64,000 bases of DNA from Lama guanicoe (taxonomy: Eukaryota). A program made the translations under genes and the position numbers. The stretch covers positions 11,084,397 to 11,148,396 of the forward strand of contig MU055864.1 in NCBI GenBank assembly GCA_013239625.1, read 5' to 3'. Below are positions 22,222 to 35,606 of this stretch, in pieces. Each line of letters opens with the position of its first letter. Within the stretch, counting starts at the first letter, position 1. Below the pieces are notes generated by a model, which did not search any database, had not been told where the DNA came from, and saw only the letters and a list, made by a program, of their open reading frames with translations.

Positions 22222-23973
22222 ATGTATGGAAAGCTGGGCCCTATCCCAGGGTTGCCGCTGACCTTGAAAACGCCTTCAGATTTCTTGCCTTAATTTGATT
22301 ATTCAAGACATGGGAGTACATGGTATATGTATTTCGTGTGAAAGGCAGTGGAAATTAGTGATATTCTGAAAATCAGTAAGATGCCTTGAAATCTGTACAC
22401 AAAATTCCACAACTGAATATCCCAGCGCATATCTTGTTTTCTCTAGTGAAGTCTGAGTCTCTAACCTTATCCACATTCTTTTTCTTTCTCAGCAAGTCAT
22501 CAGACAGCAGGGGTATGCTGATAACGTTATTTGATGTTTAGATCTTAAAACCAACAGGATTTAAGAATTAGGTCTAATCTCAGATACCTTTGTTAAATTC
22601 CAGAAACTCGGAAGCTGTAGAGGACATGGAGCCCCTCTATACCTAATTTAGTTTGCTCACAAACCGATTCATCTTGGATTCATTGGAGTTAAACATATAA
22701 AGTTGGTTCTAAAATGAATTACACATTTAAGAGTGGATTTTTTTCCCCTTTTAATTCTTCATATATTTGATACAAAAAGAATTCCAAATCACTTAGTTCT
22801 AAAACTTTTGGACCCTTTCCATGTTTCTTACCCGAAGTCAAAGTAGGAAGGATATAATCAAAAAAAGGCATGAAATCCTTTGTCTCTTCTTATAAAAATG
22901 GCTACTTAGGTCTTGTGCAAGCAGAAATACATGTTGGTTTTCGATCGGATGTTACGGGTAAATGTTTGTTTATGGTGTGGCCTGGTTCGTTCCTGGTCCT
23001 GTGCATCCTTCCTCAGAGCATCTTCTGTCCATGTCCTGCCTGCGTTCTCTGTACTCTGCCTTTGTGCTGCTTTAGGGCTCTGCTTTGCCTTCATGGTGCT
23101 TTTCGATTGTGCCATTTTTGATATTTGTTGAGTGCTGGTTTCCATCAAGATTCTGTAAACTCCTGGCAGGCAGGGGCCAGTCAGCTCTGTCTTGCCCTGT
23201 GTGTACTCTGTACCTGGCAGGGTGAAGGCTGTGACGACCTGATGTCTGATGTCCCCAACATCACTGTTAGAAATCATTCTGAGAGAGTAAAGTCTCAGTC
23301 ACGGTGTATGAGAACCATTTAGTGAGCATTGTTTTCCTGCCTCCGAAAACCAGAAAAATCATACTCGCTCCAAAAAAAGTCCTTTGGAAGCCCCTTCCTT
23401 GCTGTATAGACCCAGGAGTGACACAGAGGTCATATCCTGGAATGTTGCTTGTCAGTCACTTCTCAGGGCTGAGTACGAGCTTGGTGGCCTCACTGTTCTA
23501 GGTCTGAAGGTTCCGAAAGGACAGAGTTGTAGATGTTCTGGGTTTCCGGTGGGTGTGTTACGGGAACCAGAGGTCGGAGTCCAGGCCTGTCCTCTTTGAA
23601 TGTGCCGGCATGGACGGTGGGACAGGAGACCTAAAATCACGATGGTGCCAGACATCACAGGGCCCCCGTCTACAGGGTGGATGCCATCGTGTCTCGGCCC
23701 CTGAGCACTGTTTTTCGGGCAGCAGCTCCTTTGTTTGGAGGGCACTGCTACACCCCGCCTTCCAACAGCCACCCAACACTCCCCAAAGTGGAGAATGGAG
23801 CCATTTTTTCATTCTGTTGGTTAACCCACATTTATTGGCCCTTAAGTGAAGTGTTAGGTATGTCAGAGGAAAACAAAAAGGGAATCTTTTGTATACCCTC
23901 CCTTCAGTCCCCGCCAGCAGCTTCCTGGATGCTAAGGGGGAGACTCAAGCTCCATTTATTTAATTAAAATTTA

Positions 23974-24075
23974 ATGAATGTATGTATGTTCATGTATAAC
24001 TGAAAAATTGTGCTCTACACTGGAATTTGATGCAACATTGTAAAATGACTATAACTCAATAAAAAATGTTAAAAA
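23974..24075 (+). mobile_element. Young L1 extreme 3' end
   Basis: catgtataactgaaaaattgtgctctacactggaa...caacattgtaaaatgactataactcaataaaaaa. Confidence 0.75.
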
Positions 24076-24089
24076 TTTTTTTCCTTTAC

Positions 24090-25030
24090 TATAAAGAAAA
24101 TAAACTGTAAGATAAGTAGAATATAAATTTTCAAATACTCAAAAGAGTTGAAGGAATAATAAAATGAAGTGCCACATACCCCACACTTGGCTTAAGCAGT
24201 TGTTGGTATGTGTTACATTTGCTTTGTATGTGTGTAAGTCTGTATATTTTTCAGTGCACCACTTTTCAGTGGCAGATCTGGTGAGATCTTACCCCTAGAT
24301 TTTTCATCTTGTGTCTCTGAAAATTAAGAACACTCGCCTGTTTAACTAAAATACTGTTTTCACCCCTAAAGAGATTAACAGCCATTTCCTAATCTAATAT
24401 CCAATCCAGACCCACATTTCTTCAGGTGTCGCCGTGAAAATGTCTTCAGTAGCTTTTCCCACCAGCCCCCAGACGTTGCATTTATGCATGGTATTTTGTT
24501 TCTGTGTCTCTTTATAATTTCTTCTAAACTAGAGTAGTTCCTGTAATTTTTTTTAAAAAGTGCTATTTGCCTTAAAGAGAGCAGGCCAGCTGTCCTTAAA
24601 AAATGCCCCCTTCTTGAACTGTTGGATTATTTCTCTGTGGTGCTGTTGAATTTGTTCCTCTATCACTTGTTTTGTCGGCAAGTTGAAAACTAGTTCAAAA
24701 GGCTTATTCAGATGGAAGTTAAACATTTTGGCCTGAGTATTCCATAGATTATACTCCGTGCTTCATCCTGCATTTCGTCAGGAGGCATATAATGTCAAAT
24801 CATGCTGTTTGGTAGAAATGGAGACCCCAGTTCTGTCCGTTGTAAAGAAAGCTTTTCCCCTATGCAATGAGCAGTCTTTGGACTGATTCTTTAGCTCTCA
24901 GCATATATCCCTGTTCCCCTGTTTTGCATTTTTGATACTTGCCTGAATCAGAGGGTTTTGAACTACTAATTTTAAAAAAAAACAATTTTTCTACATGTAG
25001 AGCAGGCATTCTTCTTTAAAAATCTTTCTT
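24090..25030 (-). mobile_element. Old L1 (L1MC-like) 3' region (bounds approximate)
   Basis: Similar to L1MC4/5 3' UTR motifs and to the copy at 50860-51640. Confidence 0.55.
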
Positions 25031-25624
25031 TCATTGTTCATTTCAGTGCTGTCAGTTGAAGTGTTCACACATACACAAGTATAATGTTAATAATCCTTGC
25101 TTTAAGTATGGTTCCTTACCGGGAGGATACTGGAAGCATTAAAGCATCCTTCAAATTTCTTATGGTCTATTGATAAGAAAAATAGCTTATGGCTCAGGCT
25201 AATAATGGTCAGAAATGCTTTAATTGCAGGAGGAAGGAGGTAATTATAGGTTCTGTTTCCTTGCACATAAACACTAATGTTCTTTTACTGAAATTTGGAA
25301 CCTTGTGACAATCTCTGTACCCCTAGCTGTTAGATTAATCTTACCATAAGCACTAGAGTTTTTCTAAATTCTCAGATTGCTCCTGTGTATTCTGGTATCT
25401 GTTCTTAAAGATCCCACAGGGCTGATCATCCGTGGGTCGCTGTGATGCCCAGTGTGGTTGCTCTGTCAAGGGTCAGTGAGGCAGCGGATCCACACATCCT
25501 TTCACAACCCGGACATGACTGATGAGTGAATGTCTAAGTGAATGAATTTCTGAACGTTTGGTCTGAGCTTGATCTAGAGGAAGCCTGGGGGACTAATATT
25601 AGGGGCCGGTGTACACGCCCGGGG

Positions 25625-25770
25625 GATTATTACTATCTTGATGATTAAGAAAATGATGCTCAGAGAAGTAAAGGGAACAGGCCCAAGATCACACCCCAAC
25701 TCAGTTTCAGAGCCAGGATTTGGACTCCTAAAATGTCTGGCTTTAAAGCCAATGCTTTTCCAACTTGGGT
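25625..25770 (-). mobile_element. MIR SINE
   Basis: gctcagagaagtaaagg...gcccaagatcacac...agagccaggatttg. Confidence 0.7.
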
Positions 25771-28495
25771 TCCCCGGTGCCAAGCAAGAAGCTCATGATG
25801 AGGCTTCTGGACTTGGAGGTCAGTAGGAGAGCCCGTCTGGAAAACCATTTTCAATAGATTCCAGGCCCGCTGGAGAATCTGGGTCTCACTTGGTGCCTAG
25901 AACAGAGGAGCTTCCCAGGGTGAACTAGAACGCTGAACACGGTCGGTGGGGGAGGCGGAGAGGAGGGCAGGCCACACGGCTTCTTGCAGCCAGGCCTTTT
26001 TTGTTTTTTGGTTTTTTTCCTTTTATAAAATAAAGCACATGTGTCTATATGAATAATCTATTCTGTCACATCCTCAAAATTAGCATGTGCTATTTCATTA
26101 AAACCAATGAAGATTTCCTGTGAAAAGGCTGGGGTAGAATATGCCAGTTCACATTTCAGCAACAGCATGAGCACTTTCTTACAAATGTATAGATTATATT
26201 TGAGACTTGCTTTTTGTGCCGTGTAGGCAGAACATGGTTTGCTATTCCACAATTGTTTGGATTCCTCATAGATCAAATTGTTGTTCCCAAAATACAAAAA
26301 TGACACAGAAGCACATTCAGAAACAATACCTTTAGCAGGCTCTTACAAGTGACCCAGTAATTTTCCGATTATGGTGTGAAATACACTTGTGAAATATACA
26401 AAATGACAAATATGTGTTAGAAGTATAGGCAAGTTTTTTAAACAGTTCGGGATAGCTAACACATAAAAAATCAGTGAAATGGCTTTGAGGCGATTGATGA
26501 CACACCAAAGAACTGGAGTCCTGGTGTCCAAAACGAAATTTCACCAGAATATTGGGGTTACCTTCTCTTTTCTTATGAATAGTATTCAGGGGTTTTTAAT
26601 AACTAGTAGCAATTAGGACTACAGTTCACCTTTATACTTTTGATATGTAAAGAGAAAGGGGAAAATCAGTTCATGACTAAACAAACAATTTGATATACGT
26701 CCTTTTGAGTGATCGAGGTGTACTTGGCAGAATTTAATGTTGAAATATACCTGCCCATCCTGTGGAATTCAGTATAGCCCTATAGCTTCTTTCCAGAGAA
26801 AGACAACAGACTCACAGTTCAGCATCAGAAGAACTTTTCGACATCGAATGGCAGAAACATTGACTCCTTTGTATCTGATTATTTTTGAAATGGTCCCATC
26901 ACGAGGCAGTGTCCCCGGAAACCATTACAATTGAAACCCCAAGTTTAAAATAGTGGGAACACTGCACATTACCAAAAAAAAAAAAAAACAACACCCCATA
27001 GTTGTTTTGGAAATGAATACTTGAGAAAGGATCAGATTTTGAGTCTTCTGCTGTGCCTGATGATGGCAGCCCGCTTAGAATTGAGAACCACATCCTTGGA
27101 AAAATTGTGTGTGTATTCTGGATGCTTGTGGGTGTTTTCCTTACTGAAGCTTTCGCTCACAGATAAACTAAACCGAGCATTCGGAAGCAAGAACCATTTA
27201 TGTTCATTGTGTTATTTATTATCTAGCACAAGTAGTTTCTTGGGAGAAGAAAACCCAGCGAGAAGACAGAGTTGCATGTGCTTTAGCGTCTCTAACACAC
27301 AAACGTTTTTTCACTGTAGGGCACTTCTATTTTGTCAGACATTTCATCAGAAGTTGACACATTGTAATTAACTATACTTCAATAATAAGTAAGTAAGGAA
27401 ATAAATAAATAAATAAATAAAATAAAGGGAGAAGCCAAATTTTGGTGGGATAGCATCTTTAGATTGGCAATTCCCTAGATTCTGTTGAATAAATATATTA
27501 TCATTGTCATATTCTTAAGGTACTTAAGGAAATCTATATATCCCCTGATTCCATTAACCTCCTCTTTCAAAAGACCTCTTCCAGTGAAGGCTTTCTATGA
27601 TGTCTTAAAAAATACCAAATGTATCTTATTTTTAACCCACCTCAAAGCCACGTTTATGTAACTTTGGGATGGTAATTCACTGATGAGAAAGCAGTTAAGG
27701 AAGAAACATCACTGAGGTTTTCAAGCAGTGACCATCCTCCAGAGCTTTCGACGTGGGGGCCTCTGTGCCGAGGTTTGACCGTACATGCACACAGAATAAT
27801 CCGAGCTCATTTGTACTGCGATAATGAACAGCAGGGCACTGAATCTTTTCAGTTTTATTGGTATTGTATACAGTAAGTTATTAAATTTCATCTCTGTAAT
27901 ACACCTGCAGTAAAATAACAAAACATTGCTGCACTTAAGGAACATGTGTGTGGTACAGTGCCCTCCCCCATCGTTTCACCCCCCCCCAACAGCTGCTTAC
28001 AGATTTCAAGATCCATTGTGTATATTCCCTTGAGCTCACCTCTAATAATCGAGGCACATCTGCCATTGCAGTATTATAGGCATATGTAGTTTTATTGAAA
28101 ACTATACCTGTAAAAAAATTAAATAACTCCTACCTCAATTAAATTGGCAAGATACCTTTTGCAAGGATCATATTGCAGACCTCCTGAGCCCCAGTGAGTT
28201 CATTTTATTCTTATGTTACAAATTGCTAAATACGTTATTTTTATTCAGCTAAGTAGCGCGCTTTTCTCATACTCTGATGATAAGTCACTTTCCTTTTTTC
28301 TTATTTTTGTTTTCCTTCTCCCCTCATCTTTTACATATCTATAAAAAACAAAAAAGAACCTTGTAAGCTACTGGAAGGAAACATTGAAAATATAGCTACC
28401 ATCAACACAGGATACATAAAGTTGAAAAGAAAGGACCCTAGCATGTACCTTTAATTCTGAAATGACTATTAAATAGAAGTAGAGACTACGAAATC

Positions 28496-28627
28496 TTTTT
28501 TCTTTCTTTTTTGGGGGGGGGGTAACTAGGTTTATTTATTTATTTTTAGAGGAGGTACTGGGGATTGAACCCAGGACCTTCTGTATACTAAGCATGTGCT
28601 CTACGACTTGAGCTATACCCTTCCCCC
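28496..28627 (-). mobile_element. vic-1-type SINE
   Basis: Same tRNA-like body with a T-rich tail (reverse orientation). Confidence 0.9.
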
Positions 28628-29949
28628 GGATCAAAACCTTAACTCATCTTGTCCTCTGATAGAGATTTTTACAAGCCTCTCTTAGATCCATTTGATTATC
28701 CTAATAGCAAAATAGGAAAGACGATGAAGGGGGACGAGCTAGTAGATCATAACAAAGCTGACAGAGGTGGATTCCTATCGCGTTACATCCTTTACCTTAA
28801 TATTTATATTTTGTTGAAGATTGGCTCTGTTGTGATGCCTATAAAATAATTTTAATCCAAATAGGAATAATAGTAAAATACTCAGTGAAATAAACTAAGC
28901 ATAACTTTGTTCTCACTTTCAGGTGTGGGGGGCTGTCTGTATAGTTAGTCATAGTGAGTTAATCCTACCACTGTGACAGTGATTAGCAAAGAAGAAAAGT
29001 TTGTGCATTTGCTTCATATTTTTACCATGGAAAAACCTGATGATAAGATGCCCACTGTATGAACAGGAAGAAAACAGGAAGATATGAAGGTTACTCGGTA
29101 CCTCGTTTCATAGGAGGAATGTGTTGTGTTATGCAAAAGGACTGTGTGTGAAATGGATAGAGGAGATGAGAGACGGGTCCCTGTCCCCAAAGTGTAGACT
29201 CAGAAGATAGATCCTCTGAAGACAGTTGAAAAGTAGAGTTTCACTGGATGAAGTCAAGGTGTATCAGTGATTGTTGCTGTAAACAAGCTAGAAAATCAGG
29301 TTAGCACTATTGATCACCAGTCAGGATTATAAACAGTTACATGTTTAAATGATGAATTTTCTATTTTTGGTAAGAATTTTGTTTAAAACCAGTGCTCGTT
29401 TGTTCCAGTGGGGGTTGCCTGGGCCAGTGAGGTTTCGCTCAATCTGTGATCAACAAGGGTGTTTTCTGCCCTTCTTCCTACATTTCAAAGGGATTCAGGT
29501 TTGGTGAGAGCACAATCCTGAGTCCTAGAGTCTTGAGGGGGTCTTTGCTTACAATGAGGATCCAAAGCTCCGACAGGATCAGAATTCAGGATCTTAGAAG
29601 TATTTCAATTTTTACAAGTTGTTTTTTTTTTCAGCAGCAAAATGCATTATAAATTCTAAACAAACTTCTCACAAAACTCACATACAAGTTGGGGAACACA
29701 GCTTAATTCAGGCCATATCACTCCTTTGAAGTCCCCATCAACTGAACTTTCTTCCCTTGGATGTGGTTCACATTGTGCAACTATCTATTACCAGTACTTT
29801 TGAACTGTGAAGTCTGTGTGTCGCACTGAACTCTGCAGTTCAGAACTGTCACGTGTAGAGTGACTGGCACAACGCAACATCAGTGGTGGTGAAAGATGTG
29901 CCACGGACGGTGACATGTGGCAAAGAAGGATGTCAACAGCCACCACTCC

Positions 29950-31540
29950 TATGATGTTGTCCCTCAGGGAGTCTTTCTGTATCTCTGACGTTTAACTGTC
30001 TCAGCCCAGAGGAGTCACCAACATGGACCGATTTCTCTCAGTCTTCCTCCCACTTAGCTTCCGTGTAAGATTTGCTTGAATTTGTTTTCAGAACGCAAAC
30101 CCCACGTGCCGTTTTGCCAATAGAAAGACTATTTAAGCTTGGCGTTTTATAGATTGAGGAAGGAATTATTCTTTGACTTACGTCTAGGAGAACTTCTTCT
30201 CGACTCCCTTTTGCAGAAAACACAGCCACCTATCATTCTTGAAAGCCAGACTGTCTCCACTTCATAACAAAGCAGATTTTCAGCTCATTATATTCCTAGG
30301 TAACTGTTTATCCCCTGAAATTTCATAGTGTGCCTTCGGATTTACTCACCGATGCCAAGATTGAAGTCGCCTGTGGAGCTCCATCCGACATGTCTCCCGT
30401 AGTTACCTGGTGCAGATGATTCTGTCTGTGCTCTAGATTTTTATCCGTATTGTTCTAGAAATAGAATGCCGCATCCTCAGTCAGCTCTGTAGAACCTCAG
30501 CCAGCGATCGGAACGTACCAGAGCGCTCAACAATGATGCGCTGCACCACACCTTCATTTGAGTGTTTAACAAACGTTTATTATGGAACAGCACCTTTCCC
30601 ACCCCTCCCACCAAGTAATAATAATACAGTCACCTAGTTTGAGGCTATAGCACACACTTCTCACATTTATATTCTTACATCTATTTAGATATATTTTAGG
30701 TAAAATTCGGCAATTGCCAGTGAGATAATTGTGCTTTTGAGCTTGAATCTGATTGGTTGAACTTCCCCTCAGGATGCTTCTTTCCACCTGTGTCTGTAGG
30801 CTTGACCACCAGCTGCCATCCTAGACTACTCTGTCTCGACGGCCCCTGTAAGCCCTCAGTGTGCAGACTTTGTCAATTCTGATTCCTGTACCAAAAAGCC
30901 TGCCCCGTCCCCTGAGTCCCGGCCACCTCTCTCGCTGTCTCCCCCGCGCTCCTTCCCTCCAGCCGCACCTTCTCACTCTCACGAGCCCGTTGGAGTGATT
31001 GTCTCCAGAAAGTCCTGATGCTGTCACGCCCTTGCTCGGCGTCCTCCCATGGCTGCGGGGACCCATCCTTAGCACGATGTGCGGGCTCTGGAGAGCCTGG
31101 CCCCTGTCGTGGCCTCCAGCCTTTTCCTTCACTTGTCACACTCACCACTCATCTCACGTTCCAGCCACACCGAGCTGCTTGTATTCCCCTTGAGGGCTTG
31201 TTCATGGCTCTCCCTATCTTTACGAGAGCCCTTCCATTGGCCTGGAATAGCTTCATCCGGTCCACCTGCTCCTCTCCTTATATGCCTTTGGCAGGTAGCT
31301 CACACCTTTGTCCAAGAACCAGCTCGTGCATTGTGTCCTCCAGGGATACGCCATTCTACATCCAGGCCAGAGCAAGGTGGTCTCTTCCGTGCTCGCATAG
31401 CCTCCGATGCACTGCTTTCCCTGAACAGGTGTCATGCTCTCTACAGCCAGAGGAGGCCAAGGACTAGGCCTGTCATCTCTGTCCCCCAGGCCTGACGGGG
31501 CCACTCTGAGTGTCAGTGGCTGGATGAGTAAACGAAGAAA
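29950..31540 (+). mobile_element. L2 LINE fragments (interrupted by a MIR near 30600-30730; bounds approximate)
   Basis: ccagccacacc...ccttccattggcctggaatagc and other CT-rich L2 3' motifs. Confidence 0.55.
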
Positions 31541-31549
31541 TGAACCAGC

Positions 31550-31720
31550 AGCAATAACAGGTGATAGAACTTGTGAGCCCAGAGAGCTAGGAATGGTTTT
31601 TAATCCCCATTTTGCTGATAATGACACAGAGACTCAGAGCATTTTTGTCACTAGTAATAGTAAGGGGCAGAGGCGGGACTAGGGGACAAGGTCCTTTGGC
31701 TCCAGATTCATCATTGTCTC
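31550..31720 (-). mobile_element. MIR SINE
   Basis: atccccattttgctgat...gagactcagag. Confidence 0.55.
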
Positions 31721-34700
31721 TCTTGCTTCTCTGTCCTTGGGTCAAGTTGGTGGAGGTCATCGCCAGTGGCCCACAGAGCCGTCACATGGATGGCTTCAGC
31801 CCTCTTCTCACTGCTCACTTCGGTACCGTCCAGGTTACTGCACTGGGACCTGCTTCTGTCAGTAGGGAAGACTGCCTTTCTGAAGAGGGTGTGATGAACC
31901 CGTGATATTTACCAAGAGCACTGTCTTCAGAGGGCCCCACAGGTCACTATGAAATCTGTACCGTGTGGTGCATACTTCCTGCCTTGTCTGTTACCTGTCA
32001 GTGGGAACAGATCTCTGCTCTGCTGGTGAAAGGACCCTGGTAATGTTGAGAAGAACCACGGCCCACCTGAGATGGAAAAGCCAGAGCTCAGTGTAAAGCC
32101 ACCTGCGTCTTGGTCCCCAGGCTGCATCCTCCCTCTCTCCCCCTGGTCCATCTTGCTTGGCAGGGGACGAGTAGGAACAGTGAAGATGGGGATGAGTTGA
32201 GTGGATGATAATTTGCTTCTTCATGTTTCCTGCATGGGATTCTTTTCCTCGGAACCTTGAGGTGGGACACGGGAAAAATTAGTGATGATAATGGGTTTAG
32301 CTTCTGGGTATAATATTGAAATCCATAAGGACAGCAAGTTAAAGTCAGAAGGGACCTAATGTCACTTGGTGCCCAGTGCCATTTAGTAACAGACTGGAAA
32401 CTAAAGCTCAGAGAGGTTCAGAAACTTGTCAGCATCACACAGCAGATCTCATTCATCTGAACCCATACAAAACAGTTCAGATTCCAGTGGTGTGTAACAA
32501 TGACAGTTTCCCTTGACGTTTTTGTAGCCTCTTTCTTCCAAAGGATGCAGGGCCACCCTCCACCATGAAGCAATAATAGCCGGTAGTGGCTGGAAATACA
32601 TCCTGAAGAAATTTCTAGACGAGTGTCCTTTTGTTCAGCTACCACTGAATCGCACCGTCACAGAGCCAGAGGGTGTCGTTTGCTTGTAAATACTGAGTTT
32701 TTGAAATGTCACTGTAACACTGGAAAAATGTTGTCTCAGAAGGTTGCCAAAGTGACAGAATCCTGACATTGTAAATACCAGCCAACACAAGTGCTTGTAA
32801 ANNNNNNNNNNNNNNNNNNNNNNNNNNNNNNNNNNNNNNNNNNNNNNNNNNNNNNNNNNNNNNNNNNNNNNNNNNNNNNNNNNNNNNNNNNNNNNNNNNN
32901 NNNNNNNNNNNNNNNNNNNNNNNNNNNNNNNNNNNNNNNNNNNNNNNNNNNNNNNNNNNNNNNNNNNNNNNNNNNNNNNNNNNNNNNNNNNNNNNNNAAG
33001 CAAGTGTGCAAGATAGGGTGTCAGGCAGCCCTCACAGAACTGGCGAGAGCCTGGCGTGTCTTCAGCATCCCGGAGGACTGATAAGACGCCCATTGTTCTG
33101 GTCAGAACCAAACTGCGAGCCTGGCCCAGCGGGACGTTCAATACTCAGTTTTCAGTCGATGTGATTCCTAGAAGGTCCATTTACCCCTAGCAAGAGCTCA
33201 CGCACGTGCCGTGTTCTCAGGAGAAAAAAAACAAAACAAGGGATGAACTTAGAGAATAAAAGCCTCAGAGCAGCCAAGGCGGGAATCCAGGAGAACCTGA
33301 ACTAGACGTGCTCTTGAGAGGAACAGTGAGGTGGTCAGACCTCCCTCCAGTCCTGACCCTTCTGCCGCCCAAGTTTTTCCTTAATTGTAACTTCCTCCTT
33401 TGTGGCAATGATTGCCTCCATTTCTCTTCTGTTCTAGCGTAAAAATGGTCTGCGTATCAGGGGCTCTGAGAAGAGATGTGTAAGGTGGCAAGCCAGTGTT
33501 CCCTCAGCCTCTGTGACGTGGCTACTCTTGCTGTTCCGAGCCCCCGTCAGGTCCCCATCTCTCCAGGAATGCTCAGGGGACAGGCGAGACTGCATGACAG
33601 GGGGCTAGACCCTCCCAGGGTTTCAACTGGTGAAAGAGATGAAAATGACGTGGTCCCGGAGCCACTCCCAGCACCACTCTGAACCCAGGCTTGGGGAAGA
33701 ACTGGGTTTGCCTGCGGCGACCTCCTAGGTTTTCACATGTGTGCAAATTGCTTTTTCTTTTTCCTTGACACACTCCTGTATCGTTTGATTGTTTTTCATA
33801 GAAGATGTTGCTTTCATACTCAGTGCTGGTGAAATTTGGGGAAAACTACAAAATCATATACTGCAAATTGACATTTGACCCAGCAATTGTGGTGGTTGTG
33901 CCTCTTGGATTTTTATGCTTAGGAAAGAATTCGGAAGAGGGACAGCTTTTTGTTAGAAGGCACCTGTTTTGGTATCAGCTGGACCAGAGGTGAGGAGTTC
34001 GTAATGACCGGAGGGCCCAAGGCTGTGTGATGCTGGTGCTCTTGGTGCCCCTGAGAAGAGTCTACAGGCGTGATAAGATACGGGCAGAGGAGGGAACAGG
34101 AGTGTCCCAAGCCTTAGGGATTCAGTGGTTGGCTGGCATCCTGGTGACATGGTCATTCAGCCGTGCCATGGGGATTCCCTAGATGGGGACCCATTGTGCT
34201 TCTTGAGAGCCCTGGCAGCTGGCGGGAGGCGGAGGCTGCTGTCCTGACTGATCAGCCATAGGTGTCGGTGTTGGGGAGACGGTGGCCAGTCTCAGGCTCC
34301 GTCCTGGCCCTACTCCTGCTTGTTGGTCACGAATGCAGATGGAGATTGAATGTGGCTCCTTACATTCCTCTCAAAAAAAGACAACTTTGTCTTCCGGGGA
34401 TGAGCTGGAAGGCAGTGGCCTCGTGGGCGTTCTGTACCTGGGGCAGCCCGCAGTGATGGTCTGATTGCCTCATCTTTCTGGACTTTGACAACTCTAGGTA
34501 CCTCCAAGGCTCGCAGAGCTGGAGCAGAGCTGGAAAAGCCTTGAGCTTGGACTTTGACTCTCATGAGACGAAGGGCCCTCATCCCCAATGTCTACCCCTC
34601 CCACCTCTCCTTTGCACTCTTCAGGGATCTTTTAAAAACGATTTTGTAAAAACCTTTTGGGGGTTTATTTGAAGCACAGCAGATAGGTTGCACTCTCGGT

Positions 34701-35305
34701 TAGGGGAGCTGTAAAAGAGTTGAATGCAAGTGGTCAGGGTACACGGTTGGCTGTGGGGCATCTCTGCTCCACAAGGTCATCTTCAGTGACGTTTATTTTG
34801 TTAAATTCATCTTTATCTACAGCAGACTTCTGCTGTTTCAACTTCTATACAGCAGGTGGACAGACACAGGTTCGACTATCCATTTTGGTTCTCTCCCCTT
34901 GTTTTTCTTCCTGATTCACTGCCTCCAACCAGCTGCTCTTTTTAGAAACAAGAGAGAGAGAGAAAGAGACACAGACAGAGAGACAGACGGATATTTGTAC
35001 CTGTTGATAGTTTGTAAGGTAGCTCCTTAGTGAATTAGAAGAATTTAACATTTAATTATTAGTTTAGAGGGGCTATCTTTGAGTGTTAAGAGTTAGCTAA
35101 TTAAGAAATTAAGTGGAAGATTTGGGGGACTCACTTTTCCGCTCTCCAGATCCCCTGAGCTGCTCCCTTCAGGCTCTACTTCCAGACTCACTCTCCCCTC
35201 CAACCGCCCCCCCACTCGCCCCCGCCGACCCCACCTCCTAACACTGAAGTATTTGTTGCAGCTCAGGATTTTCGCCTTCCCTACGAGAAGGACCTAGCCC
35301 CGAAT

Positions 35306-35319
35306 TGCCCCCTGGTGGC
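35306..35319 (-). promoter_or_regulatory. CTCF motif
   Basis: Reverse complement GCCACCAGGGGGCA matches the CTCF core. Confidence 0.65.
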
Positions 35320-35526
35320 TAGAGCAGAAAAAGACAAGATGGAGGCTGGGGGAGAGGCCGGGGCATCATTCTGCCTCTTTGCTGATACACGTGTCTAGGT
35401 GCCTGTGATGGGGACCACTAGAGCCCCGAATCAGCGCGAACCAGCTTTGAATAGGTTAGTGTGTCACTCTGTTTTCCTTGGGGGCATTTTGCGGCAGAGA
35501 TTCCCTTTCCTGTTCTCGTTTTCCAG

Positions 35527-35606
35527 CTTCCTTCGGTTTGATTTCTGTTTCTACACATCTTGCAATGACCCGAGCCTTTCTAACGGCGCTAATAACACTG
35601 GGGCGG
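35527..35606 (+). other. TCF4: Candidate alternative first/internal exon (8d type)
   Basis: Donor CGG|gtgagt (35607) and acceptor ttccctttcctgttctcgttttccag (AG 35525-35526). Sits in a CpG-rich block with upstream GC boxes and a CTCF motif. Confidence 0.5.
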
